Positions 13,833 to 27,200 of a DNA stretch of 64,000 nt are shown piece by piece. Made by a program: the position numbers and the translations under genes. The notes beneath the pieces were generated by a model, which saw only the letters and a list, made by a program, of their open reading frames with translations, searched no databases and was not told the DNA's origin. Origin of the DNA: Ruditapes philippinarum (lineage: Eukaryota); assembly GCF_026571515.1 (NCBI RefSeq), contig NW_026857880.1, positions 496,001 to 560,000 of the forward strand, read 5' to 3'. Numbering within the stretch: position 1 is the stretch's first letter; every line of letters begins with the position of its first letter.

Positions 13833-16769
13833 TTTGATAAGAATATAGAAAGAACGTTATGTGTTTTCCGAAGTTTTGAAATAAGGAGCCTACAATTACA
13901 AGTAAAACTATTTACAAACTATGAATATCAAACTAAAGTTATCAACTATTTACGTACCATGCTTGTGTTTCGTCGGTTTTATTCTGAATTGCTTTCGATT
14001 CTTCGATGAATGTGATGACACAGCAACAAGGCAAATATAAAAACAGAGCGCGCTTCCACTGTATTTATACGATACCGTTTAATCACATGCACATGCTGGT
14101 TTGTTTCGCGTGTGTAACGCGTGTCCAAGTGACCTTCAATGCAGATTCACTGCGCAAAAAATGTATCATCAAAGTACAAATGTACTTCCTTTAGGGGGCA
14201 AAGTATGTATGTCAAGAGTGCAATAGCAAAAACTAGTACTGCAGTACTTGTATGATTTTGAAAATAACAGTAAATAGACACTTGAATGACGCGATATATG
14301 AAACTGTTTTAATATATATTTTATAATATTTGAATAAATTCATTTGATGATCAATAAAGTCAGAAGGGAGAAAATATACTTCTGAAACTTAAAGGTTCTC
14401 CAAGAAGTAGACAAAACAGAGACACCCTATATATAGGTATATGTTCAGTGTTCTATAGAAACGTTTGACGAAAAATATCATTATTTCAAATGTTTTATAT
14501 GTAAATTATGTATCGGCAATTGAAGACTTGAAGAGACTTAAGTTTACATGTCAGTTGAGCAAATTAGTTACGATTTCATGGTAAATGACTATACAAATAA
14601 TTTTATGGAAAGAATTTTCAAAAAGTTTGGACAGCGTATTGTATTTGATGCTTTTGCTACAAGCAGACGTATTGTAGTCCCTTACACAAAAACAATCCCC
14701 AAATAGAGTTGTCGTTCGTCCTCTTCAAAAGGATCGATAACAAGAATTTTGTTAAAACGAACAAAACATGTATTTGAACGTAGTAGATTTTAAGGAATAC
14801 AATCATATTGACGAAGGGACATAATATTTACATTGTCATAACATGTGTTGTTGTGTACAAATAATAAGTTTAATAAGTTTAATTATTATAATTGGAATTA
14901 TTGTATTGCCAACTTTCGAAGATAGTAATCGCCGCAAAAATGTTAACAAAATGCATAACTAACATTTTCTTAAAAGTAATATTAATATATTACAATACTA
15001 TTTTACTTACGCCGATAAACGGCCCGTCACAACATCACTTTCTGGTCAACGTTTTTCAGGTTGACACATCTGGCGTGTGATTAACGTGACACTGTGTCGA
15101 ACGCATAACTAGCGTGCGTCTTACTATTTGACAACGCCAGAAGAGTATTCCCTTTATATAATCCTGATTTACTCTAACACTTTGGTCGTCTTCGTCGGGA
15201 TCTTCTTCTCTGCGTGTGAATTCCCTCGATGTGTTCCGCTGTGTTTAAGTACAGTACATCTACTTGATACTTGGCTATAGCAAGCATATATAGCAAACTA
15301 AATCTTTCAGTATTTTCCATAGTAGGTGTTCTTTATGGGAGCCCAAAATCAAATGATTCTTGTTTTTAAATATGCATGGACGTTAGGAAAACGGTCAAAT
15401 GACGCTCATTGAACGCAAAAAGGACGTTCGTTGCACTTAAGTCACACGCTTTGTGCGCTTGAGGACCTTGCAGCTGTCAGTGAGTCGTTCACTGCAAAGA
15501 AACGATTAGTAACAATCAAATTTTTTTTATTGTTTTTAATATGTATATGGCGCATATTTGAATACATATTTTATGTCTGTTGAGAAATCAGTCTCACGTT
15601 TTATTATATAAATTTTCGTTTCATTCTAGATCTCGGATATTATTAAGTAACAGATATGAAAAGCTATACTTTGACTATTACCTTCTCTTAATTTATTTTA
15701 TTTATTGCCCTGCTTTATGCGGAAACTTGTTCCAAGGTTTCTATCATTAAGATAAGATACATGTTACATCGTTGTACATCGTTGTCAGAGACATAAGAGA
15801 CGGCCTTTAATGTATAAATCAAATCAAACACAGACTAATAAATATTATTATTTTTAATTTTTTCTTCATACTACTATTTCTAAATTCATTTCTATTGTCT
15901 AGATTTGTCGGACATTCATACAGTAATTGATTCGTTAATTACCTAGTACGAATTATGGGAGTTTGTTTGATTTATACGGGCTAGACGATAGCAGTATTCA
16001 TATTTCATTGACTAACTTCGATCATTTTTTACCAAATATGGCCATAGGGATACAAAGTCGTTTAAATCTGGAATCATTTGCTGAATCATTAGTCAACATT
16101 ATGAAAAAAAAAATGAAAAAAATAAGTGTAGGCAATTTCATAATTAGATTGGCACCTTAAATAATAAAACAAACAGATATAAAAGTAGCCCTTACTAAAT
16201 TGACAAGATGACTAGCAATAGATACTTAGACGTAAAAGAAAGGAATAAACAAATGAAACAGCTAAAGAGGGGCGTGTGTTTAAAAGTTTTTTTATTAGCG
16301 TCTTATTAACTTTTCTATCACTTGTTACAATTTTTGTTGCCCTACTTTCTGTAGGCACTGATAGTGTTTATCGAGATAAATGAATGGTTAAACAAAAGCA
16401 ACTTAAAGCATCTTTGTGTTCTTATATGACATTAGTGGGACATTGTTAGGCAGATTAAAAACATATTGCCAACCACGTAAATGACATTGTTTAATGTAAA
16501 ACAGTCGAAACTAATGGAGGTGAACTAATATATTAAAGACGGACATACTAGTAAACTCTTAATATTATTACTTATTATAATATGATTTAATTATTGCAGC
16601 ATGTGTCGTGGCAACAATACAGCTGAATATACTTTCTGTTACCATGTAAGATGAATTTCGTTATGTTCTGTTTTAATACAATTATAATACTTGTAACATG
16701 ATAAATAACAAAACAACTTTTAAGGTTTCGCTTTATTTATTTCACTGCAAGATCGATACACGTCAATTT

Positions 16770-17167
16770 ATAGAGGATATTCAAGTTTTTTCTATAAATA
16801 CATGATTTATTTTCATCAAGTGGTATGAAAATAAATATTTCATGAGTGGCGGTAGCCACGAGTGAAATATGGTAATTTTCATGCCACAAGATGAAAATAA
16901 ATCATGTATTTATAGAAAAAACTTGAATTTTCTGTTTATTATATACATTTTCTCTTTTTTTGCGATAAAATTTGAAAGACTTTCCCTTAAATTTTGTGTA
17001 CTGGCAGAATTTAAAAGAAAGTAGTCCGGCAAGACACCAGTGAAAATACGGAAAATATGTTTCACTGCAGTGAAAAATAAATTTTTACAGTGGAAATAAT
17101 GGAAATAAAAATACGCAATTTATTTCATCAATATTTCTCAATATTTCATTTATAAGTATATAATAAA
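16770..17167 (+). mobile_element. Related hairpin-headed (Crypton-like) element
   Basis: Same ATAGAGGATATT start and GAGTGGCGGTAGCCACGAG loop; TTTATTATATAC / GTATATAATAAA; empty site in duplication copy A near 3570. Confidence 0.75.
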
Positions 17168-17471
17168 ACACAATATTTCTTCTTTGGACCAAAACATAAC
17201 TGTCATGGACAAGTTACCATAGGTCTGTCTATTGGAGATGTGCACACACATTTCTTATATATTTGTCTTCAATGACTTTTCAACAAACATATTTAACAAT
17301 TTCGAGTTTGTTGTGTTATTGCTTGGTAACAAGCTGACAAAAATGCATGTAAAAAACACTATTTAGCTATTTAATTACGATAAAATATTGCATGATATTG
17401 ATAATGAAGATAGAAAGGTAACATTGTTATTTTTTCTAATTATTGATTATCTGTCGGCTGTCGGTGTATGT

Positions 17472-20400
17472 TTATTTCAAAGTTTTTTCAGGAGGAGGAT
17501 TGTCGTTGCAACTTCCTTTGCAAATGAAGCACCACACTAAAAAGCAATTATACAATATATTAAGACATTTGCAAAAATCATAAATAAATTCATCCATAAC
17601 AAAATAAGAGATATTAAACGACGCCAGGTACAAAAGGAGTATATTTGATAACAATGACAAAATAAATTATCTTTCTTCCATATGCGAAAATTATATCAAT
17701 ATTCATGTATGAAATGTCTGTATATATATTTCAGGATCTTCTTTTAAATTTCTTGAAACATAATATATTGATTAAATTTAAAAGCACGTATCATTTTAGA
17801 TCATAAGATATATGGATTGGAAAACATTCTTTTACAATAACATGCTCTGAAAGATAACTTTTACGTTCTGTGGAATTTATTTTGCCTTATTACGCGCGGT
17901 CTTTCGATGCATAATAAATATAAATGTACATGTTCTTTTTTCTCATGAGAGTGACCGGTTTATAGTTTGCTTTATCATTTTCTCTCTTTATTAAGTATCA
18001 AGAGAAAAGTAATAAGCTGTTTTAAGTGAACCAAAGTCATGTCCTAACTTTAAACATTAATTGAATTTGTCATATAAGTGACAAATCTAAGTAAACAAAT
18101 ACAATGTAGACAAAAAGATACATACAACTCTGTTCTTCAAACGCTTGGGTTGCTCTCTTACTACGCATTGTGTAGTCTTTCTCAACAAACACCGACTCGT
18201 AATCTTTACAGAAGGCAGCTATCCGTTCTCCGTACATTTCCACCTCTGACGGTTCTACAAACGTCTTTGACGTGCACTTGAATGTCTGCCTGATTTCATA
18301 GTCACCATTGTCCTGAATTAAAGCACAAGGTGTTGATACAAAAACATTTCATACAAATAATTGATTGATAAAGTTAGAAGTTGAAATTACTATTTGTTTA
18401 GCAAATAAATCTACAATATTCATTTGGATAACCTGGCCCGATATAAAAGGCAAGTATGGTCATCATTGTTCCGATCATGTTTTGATGTTCGAAAAATTTT
18501 ACCTCATAACAAACTTATTTATGCATTTACAATCAAAGTCAACTTGATTATATTCAGACAAAGACTGCAACTTACTCTTTCTGCTTGGTAAAGAATATCC
18601 TTCAAGTATTCCATTGAATGCCTAGTTTTCTCTATGTAACAAACGCCTTTCTCAACAAGTTTAATGACACTGTATCCCTAAAATGTAATACTTTGTTTTA
18701 AATCTCAAAATAAATACTTGATTTAAATAGAAAGGTTGTTTTGTTTGCTGTTGTTTTTATTTCTAGAGAGAGTTATAGGAACAAAATAATGAGATGGGAC
18801 TCTTCTGTTCATTAGAAATAACGAATGGTACGACATATTTTGAATAAATATTCTCTAAGGAATTTAATCTAATAGATTATGAAGTAATTTTTTGGTATGT
18901 GAACATACCATATATAGTTGCTTATTGAAGCAAATATGCAACATTTAAATTAACATGTAAACATACCACAGAAAAGTCATGGAACGCAATAGATGGCGTG
19001 ACTTTCTTGGATGTAACCTTGGCGACGGTTGCTATTATAAGTTCGTCTTCCTCGTCAATCATCACATCCTCGTAGGCCCTTATAGCATCTCCAAAGTGTC
19101 CTACCACTCTTCGATACTGAAAGAAGTATAAATATTAGCAGCTATTATCGTTTCCATAAGTCACGTCTTTTATTTTAAGAGGTTGATTTCCGGATGATAC
19201 AAAAGTACCTTTTAAAAAAAAAAACGCCGCTTTTGATTAATACATTATCATGAAATATTGCCTTAATTCATCTTGTAGTTAATCAGCTTTGGACTATTCA
19301 ATATCTAAAGAATTTCTCTTTGCAGTATAAATGCATTGTGAAATCATGAATTTAAATGTAAACATGGATGCCACTTTACTGATAAGTTTCAGTGTTGTAT
19401 AAATTTGATTCTGATAAAGATACCAATGCCTAAACCGTTTCTAACATCATTAAAGTTGTTCTGAAACAAAAAAAATCCTGTTAAGAACAGATTAGATGAT
19501 TATCTGAACATTACAAAATATTTGGAAAATGAACTCACCTCTGGTACTGCTTCGATCCTTAAGATAACACAGACAAGAACAAAAATGATATATCTTGAGT
19601 TTTCCTGTGAATATAACAAAGAATTACTTAACAAAATAAATTTGAAATGACAATGTGAATTTTTTTGCAACTATACGCCTGGAAATAAGTAAACCCCCCG
19701 GCATTTTGCATCAATTTTGACATGACGACAACTGAATTTTTAAATTTTATTTGGGCAATGGTACGAACCACCTGTAGTCAACTTGCAACGACTGGAACAA
19801 GCTCTGCACCAAGAATGGTAAAATTTACCTCATAATCGCATTAGACGCATTACTGGTAGTATGACGGTTACACACGTTATTTACAATTTGGCTACATAAT
19901 GTCATTAAAGATTACATCGTCGTCATCATCGTCAACATTTACCCCCCAAAAAAACGTTCAGTACATGTTTTGTAAACGTTCCACCACCATACTTATAAAC
20001 ACTTACATTTCTGGTAAAATAACACAACATATTTGCTTATGATTCAATAATTTGGTTATGAATAAACTTAACTAATAAATGTCCTGGTTTATAACTTTGG
20101 TATCACTACTTATCAAATTACTATTTCTTAGCTCAATTAAGTCGCCATCTCCTGATAGTGCTGTCAATCAAAACCAATTTTAAATTTCCGGGGTGTGCTT
20201 AACTTATTTCCAGGTGTATATATTTATGTTAAATGTTCTTGTAAATATCATGAAGTTCGAAACTTGACATGATGCTTATAAAATAAGACTTAATTATTTC
20301 ATATTGTCTGTGAATTTAATACATATGTAAAATGAAGTTTGAACTCATTTATCTACAATTAGGATGATTTATTTGTTAGTAATTAACATCATATAGTAAT

Positions 20401-20676
20401 TCATTCATAATCAATGAGCACCTTTAGTGTCAATTTAAACTCTTGTGACCCTTTATCAAGTGATTTCTTTTGCAAATACAAGAACGATATTTATGTTACT
20501 ATTAAACTCACAAAACAAATCTTGTGTAAACTGTGTACATCTTTTGTTTTCTTTTCAAACCATCGCATATAATGTGGATAATTTAAAAGTATTGCATACA
20601 GTTATGTTTAAATAAATCATGATTTATTTTAAACAATTAAGACTAAAATAAAATTTGTAGAAATTCCACTTACCAT
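17472..20676 (-). CDS. Secreted BRICHOS-domain precursor, paralog 2 (190 aa, 6 exons)
   Basis: Exons 20676-20674, 19604-19539, 19116-18967, 18677-18576, 18312-18126, 17536-17472. Exons 1-5 have the same sizes as in paralog 1. Ends RSKR / ATQAFEEQSLWCFICKGSCNDNPPPEKTLK*. Confidence 0.88.
19674..20218 (+). mobile_element. Internally deleted Tc1/mariner element (counterpart in duplication copy B)
   Basis: TIRs TACGCCTGGAAATAAGT / ACTTATTTCCAGGTGTA flanked by TA; remnant NLQRLEQALHQEW*NLPHNRIRRITGSM. Confidence 0.82.
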
Positions 20677-20746
20677 TGCTTGTCTTGTAATTGCTTTATT
20701 CTAACAGCAGGAACTTGAATAATGAAGAAAAAATATGATGCGATGT

Positions 20747-20754
20747 TATTTATA
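20747..20754 (-). promoter_or_regulatory. TATA box of BRICHOS paralog 2
   Basis: TATAAATA about 70 nt upstream of the ATG exon. Confidence 0.55.
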
Positions 20755-23099
20755 GGTTTTCCAAAACCATTCAGTATGTTGTTATAATGTTATGATCTAT
20801 GCCCATATAATCAGCTACAGTTTTTCTACAGGTGTTGTTTACAAAATTGCTAACATATTTGGTTAGTAATTTAATATAGGTCAAGAGATTCCTATCATCC
20901 AAGTGTGAGTAAACAGTCCAACTGAAATCCTGAAATACCTTTGCTTTAACACCCTCCCAGATTGCAAGAAAAACAAATGTAAACAGATCCAAAACAAAAA
21001 TCGTATAATAAACAATAAAATGTTTTGTCAAATTTGTGGTTATGATATTACCCCATGATTATGTCTTTTTCATAGAAGTGTCGAGTGACCAGAATAACCA
21101 AATTCATTGTAATGTACCTAAGCCTTAGTACTCAAACTTTCCAATCAGTTTCCCAACCTTTAATCACATACTTTATGCTACTTTCCTTTCGAATAATTTG
21201 AGAAATAGATATATCAAAAACGTTTAGAATTTTAGACTTCGTATTATAATGTAAAGACAAAATGATTTCAGAATTTTATTTCATTTATTTTCTACTTATT
21301 ATTACTATAATTGAAATTTTAGTTTTGGTTATTTGTTGATAATGTGTTTTCTTTTTTATATGCTCTCATTATATGATATAATTATGCAACTTCAGGGAAG
21401 TGACATATTTGTCACGTTACAATTTAATAACCTATTAAATATAGCACCAATGCCTTTTGTGTCATAAAAATAATAAATTTATTATGAAATAGTATCTTCT
21501 AATTGTACGAGGTCAGCACCACGAAGCAAATAATATTTTTCATAGGCCTACTGCCCTTAACAAGTTCTCGTAACAATAGAAAAAAGGTTAGAAAAATCAC
21601 AATTCTGTAACTTGTACTGTTCATTCTTCCGCCATTTACAGGAAACCAAGATTCTGATAATCCAGATATAGGGTAACTAGACTTTAATTTTGGACAAGGA
21701 TGTTTGTATATTTGTTTACGTTTCAATAAAATAACATATGAATACAGAACAATACGGTTGAACGTAAACGGCTATCTCTTTATCAAAAGGAAAAAAAAAA
21801 CACTTTAAGTCAGTCAGTTTAAAACGGGTTCGTTTGAATACTTTAAATTGTTAAATGGGATAAACACATTTTTCTCTCCTAATGATTAGTTTACTGTGAA
21901 TGTTTTGCCTATATTATATTTCACGCTGTTATAATGAAAATAGCAGAAATAGACAAGAACATCTTTAATCTAATCCATTCATCTAATATGTGTATTGATA
22001 TATTCACTTCTTTGTTTAACATTGCAAATAGATACTACAACTGCAATTTGACTAACATTTTGTGCAAAAGGTAAATAATTTTTTTTTAAAGCGCCTTTAA
22101 TTGAAAATTTTAGAGTAAATAATAAATTTTTAGATATTTGGCGGTCATCATGGACACCATCTTGAATTTTTCTGTCAGTACCCTAAGTTGAAGTTATCAG
22201 ATTTATAATTCTACAAATAATAAATTTTGCAAAATATCGCTAGGGGACTATTCATGCATATAGAAATCCACTCCTATATATATATGCACTGTACTTTAAG
22301 TTCAAAACTTGAGTCACTGTGTGGATGATCAAGTTCACGATCTATTTTGTCTCTATTTTCGTCAGTATCAACTACAAAATCTGACAGTATGATCATCCTT
22401 ATTTTTATTATTTTCCTTGTTTTTGTCATGTTTAAACATTTAAGCTTTAACGCCCCTAAATTCCAATTAACTGTCGAGTCATGGTGTCCGTGAATGTAGG
22501 TATTAACATTTTCAGTAGGCGTTAAGTTTTTTGTTGTAGATGTAAAAGTCGGTCATACTTAATTTTGAATATTTTTCGAGTGTTTGGTGATCATTGATTC
22601 CAATGAGTTTTGGTATTGGCGAGTTAAAATTGCGTTAACATGTTCCATGGGTCTTGATATGACAAGATATATTACACTTTGTTATATCACTGCAAAACGC
22701 ATCTACGAGTTTATCTCCGTTATTTTGTTTTATATCATTTCTCTCAAGACATCTCGCCTTTAAATAGTTTTTATACCGTGTTATGTTTGTGTAAATTATA
22801 AGCAGTCCATTTGTAAAAGGCACCAAATAAATGGAAATGGTGTTGATTACATTCGTTTAATTGCTCATACAAATTAGAAGTGATTGTAAACACATCTTTG
22901 GAGACTGTGGAGGCTTAATTGTTTAAGTCTTGTATAAAATTGGCATGAATAAAATCAGAGGTGAGGTACTGTACAGGTAAATTACTCTCTGGTTATAAGT
23001 TTGTTGATAGTCTGGGAACAAGAGACTGTTGGTTTTAAATATGCAATGATCAATCTTGTCAGTCCTCCTAAATGTAAGCATGCTTTATTTATAAGCAAT

Positions 23100-23305
23100 A
23101 TGAGCCGAGTCACGACAAAACCAACGTTATGTGCATCCGCGCAGTCTGATCAGGATCCATGCTGTTCGCTTACAAACCCTATTACAAGAAAGGAAACTGA
23201 TAGCGAACAGCATGGATCCTGATCAGACTGCGCGGATGCGCAGGCTGGTCTGGATCCATGCTGGTCGCAAACGCATAACGTTGGTTTTGTCGTGACGCAG
23301 CTCAT
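23100..23305. mobile_element. Palindromic MITE
   Basis: ATGAGCCG..CACGACAAAACCAAC ... GTTGGTTTTGTCGTGACGCAGCTCAT with an internal CAGGATCCATGCTGTTCGC inverted pair; second copy at 38489. Confidence 0.85.
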
Positions 23306-24286
23306 ATGTTCATGAGAGTAAGCTATCGAAATTTCAGTATTCTTTCAGTTGCTCTATATCCTTGGGAGTAATCTTGTAGGTAACTTACAGGATGTTGATA
23401 CTGCTATAATACTTTTGTTTTGTGTATTTTGTTTCTTCTATTCTTTTGTATTGTGTGAACTATTGTAAATTGTAATACTTTTTGTACACTGTTGTAAATT
23501 GTTATTCTTCCGTATTTTGCATACTGTTTTATGTTGTATTTATATATAAAAAAATGTAAACTGTTATAAGTTGTATTTTTTTTTATTTTGTAAGCTATGC
23601 GAACATTAAACCTGATAAAATCCCTTGCATAGTAAAATCGTCCGCTAATGTTTGATACTGTATATTATTCTAAATACGTATTAAAAATGCAGAGGGGACA
23701 TTTTTTATACGCCTTGTGCAAAAATATATTGACAATTAAAGACAGACGGCAAGTAATTATTTACATCTTTATTTCGGTCAAAATATAAGCGGAAAGAAAT
23801 GCAATTTTATATACTTATTTACTGTTATGTCCCGGAAGCACTTTAAATATGCCTCAATTGTTACCTCTTACCATAACAAATAACATGATTGTTTTATATT
23901 AAGAGCAAAAAGCTATGCAAGTATTTGGTAGAAGTTATCTGTAAACAACATAAGTGCAATGCATTTTATTTTTCTTTGAAGGCAAATGAAAAATATAAAG
24001 ACTTAAATAAGTCTTTCATAAACGTTTAATGTTTGGCACTGGAAGACATAAAAAGCACTCGGTTGCATTTGTTCCATATATTTATACCGCACGAATACCG
24101 GGATATGAAGTTAATTTAATGAAAATAAGGTGAAAACAAAAAGCTTACGGGCGGAAAACAGATGTTTGTTTATGACTAGTCTCCTTTGAAATCATATACA
24201 TATCACGACAGCAGAAATACACCATTTCTGACATTTGCATGTTTACAGTTTCTAGGAAAAGGTGTTCACTTTAGTCAATGCATTAT

Positions 24287-27200
24287 CTAATTCCTATCGT
24301 CTGATGGTTGTGATAGGTCTGTTGGTCGTGAGTTACAGTTTCCAATACAAAACCCACAGTTCACTGTTATAAAGGAGAAACAAATCAGTGTAACATGTAT
24401 CTACTAGATTCAACAAAATAACAAATATTCATATATCTTCTTACTTTAATTCATTATCTTAGTAAATAGGTACTCCACTAAGGCTGTCTGAAATGACGTG
24501 ACTGGAAATACTTTGACGTCATGATATTTTGTACCATTTAATGAACGTCTGAACCAATAACTTATGTTATAAGGCTTTTTGATCTCAGTGCGGCTCATTA
24601 TGCAAGAAAATCCGATATAAATAAGATTAAAATCTAAAATATGCGAGTTCACATATAACAATTAGTTAAGAGAGAAGTGTAAGAGAACAAATCATGTTTG
24701 AAATAATAAGAAATCTCAGAATTAAAACGTTTCTGCAAATAAAGATAGGTTATTAAATTTCTCCACTTACTTGCAGCTACAGACATTGTCCTGATTGACC
24801 GCTTTCTTTTACTTAGGAATTTTCGTGTCGAGAACACAACGTCGTCATCTTTACAGAATTCAGCAATCTTTTCTCCAAAACGAGATATGTCTGATGTCGG
24901 GACAATCTCATTTGAGATACAGGTAAATGTTTGTGTAATGTCGTAGAATCCATCTCTCTGAAATGATAATGTACGTATCTCACCATTAAATTTACTCGCA
25001 TCTAAACATTACATTCACTCGCATCTAAACATTACATTTACACGTATCTCACCATTACATTTACTCGTATATGTACATTACATTTACACGCATATGTACA
25101 TTACATTTACTCGCATATGTACATTACATTTACTCGCATATGTACATTACATTTACTCGCATATGTACATTACATTTACTCGCATATGTACATTACATTT
25201 ACTCGCATATGTACATTACATTTACTCGCATAGGAACATTACTTTAACGCGTATCTCATCTTCACACTTACATTAATAAATATTATCCTCCAATTGTTCT
25301 ATGTTCTGTCGAGAAACATGTTTTAATCCACAACATAATTATGTTCTTTACAGTCACCATCACTGTATACATATAAACAGTTTTTCCTAATTTTTATTTG
25401 TTTGGGTCGTCAGACCAAACAAATAATGGTAGCGAAATTTCAGAGTCTAATGTTGTTAATTGCAAATGCCGAAAGTAGTCCACTTTTTTTGAAGCGGTTA
25501 CTTCCCTTTTGTATGTACACTAAAGCCGAAAAATTCAGGGGAGATCACTGCGTAAAGATGGTCAAAGACAGGCGCATCAATTTTCAAGCAATGTAATTCC
25601 CGAATGGTCGAAGATTTCTAATATTGTTTTATTGTATTTTCTGATCGAAAATAACTAAATACAAAGCGGACATTCAATCTCTGACACAGAAGTTTACGAC
25701 AAACCTAACAACAAGTAGTTCTCAAAACAGCTTAAAACTAGCGATTTAAAAGAAAGAAATATTTTATTTTGTTACAAGTATCCAACAAATTACAACGCAT
25801 TTAAAGTTAAACAATAGCGTTGGCTTATAGAATTGTCAATAAATGCACAATTACAAATTACGCGGATGAATATGATTTTATCAATGAAAATACTATTTAT
25901 TACCGAATACTACACAAACCGAGTAGTGGAATTTATAGGTTCTACATGTCGGACTGTTTGGGCGAGAGGATTTTCGCTAAAATATTTACTTCAATTTTAA
26001 ACAACAGGTTTACCCTGAACAAAATACCTCGAAATTAATAAGGATTACAAACCCGAAATGCAATGGAAGTTCTAAATTTAGAATGACTTGATATTATTCA
26101 GATTTTGTGTGTAACTTCTCCGTGGTTCAGTGGTAACGCGCTCGCTTAGTGAGTGAGAGGTCTGGAGTTCGAATCCCAGTCGAGGAAACTTTTTTTTTTG
26201 TTAAATTCTTTTTTAAGTGTTTTTGTTAAGGAAGTAGCCATGATATGCAAGGATAAAGTGTGGCTGTCGTAAAAAATGAACATAAATGATTTTTTGATGC
26301 AACTCTAGTTATGCAGAATTCCGTATGTATCAAACTCTGGTGCCTTGCAAAATGAACTATAATACATAAAAATAAACCTATACAGGAAAATGCATACAGA
26401 TATACAGTTGATTTAGATTGCAAAGATCAGAAAATACCACAGAACTTGCAGCCCTTTGATTCTTTATAAATATAAATGCTTATAGTAAGCTCCAGGATTA
26501 TTTACATCTGTGTTAAACAACAGTTAAAGTCGTTACAAGCCCTAATTTAGAATAATATGGGTTTCTTCAGCCCGTTCACATATAAATTCACCGTGGCTGA
26601 AGGGTTTTCGGGCTCGCTTAGGAAGCGAGAGGTCTGGAGTTCAAATCCCAGTAAAGGTAACTCATTTTTTTCAAATTGTTAAAGTCAAATAAACATTGGA
26701 TTGAATATCAGTGTTGCAATTAGTCTTATAGCCAATTTAGTACAATTAAAACGCTGGAAAGCATTGATGGCACTATACATATAATCTCACAACTTGCACC
26801 TTTCTTACATTCTGAGACCCAAACAAATTCAGCGCCTTCTGTGCTTTGATTATATAATGTTTTCGTTCTCTCGTTTAGCTCAATAGGGAAATTAATAAAT
26901 TTGTAAACAAGGGGATGCTGGTTCGATCCTCGGGCAAGTCGGAATTTCTCCATGGCAAATGATCTTAGACATTGAGCCTAATGGTCATTTGTTTCTGACA
27001 TCTGGTCCTATTTAAGTAAGCTTCTTGCAGAACAATTACCGATTTGTTATCCGGGAAAGCCAGTAAGGTGGACTGAGATATGACCAAAACTATGTAAAAA
27101 TTAGAGTAAAAACAACAAAAAACCTTTGAGTCAAGTGAATTGATGTTGAATGAGACGCAAATTGTATCCCATATTTTCTTATAATGTATAGAATAGTAAA

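Larger units (their letters stand above)
9086..13960 (-). pseudogene. Orphan 5' part (ATG exon plus 60-nt signal-peptide exon) of a fourth BRICHOS-type paralog, or an alternative leader for paralog 1
   Basis: ATG|GTACGT at 13960-13958 with TATAAATA at 14069-14062. Exon 9145-9086 (ttttcag...GTAAT, phase 0) encodes KKITIVAVFAFLSTTKAEPK, similar in length and ending to AFPE/AVPE in the other paralogs. No downstream exons of its own were found. Confidence 0.55.
15585..21884. repeat. Segmental duplication, copy B (paired with ~2610-8792)
   Basis: Direct-orientation copy carrying BRICHOS paralog 2. Confidence 0.9.

Noticed and set aside
25094-25276. Repetitive His/Tyr-rich ORF
   Set aside because: Translation of the 23-bp minisatellite.
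26116-26190. Functional tRNA gene
   Set aside because: Acceptor and T stems have mismatches and a bulge, so it is treated as a pseudogene or SINE head.
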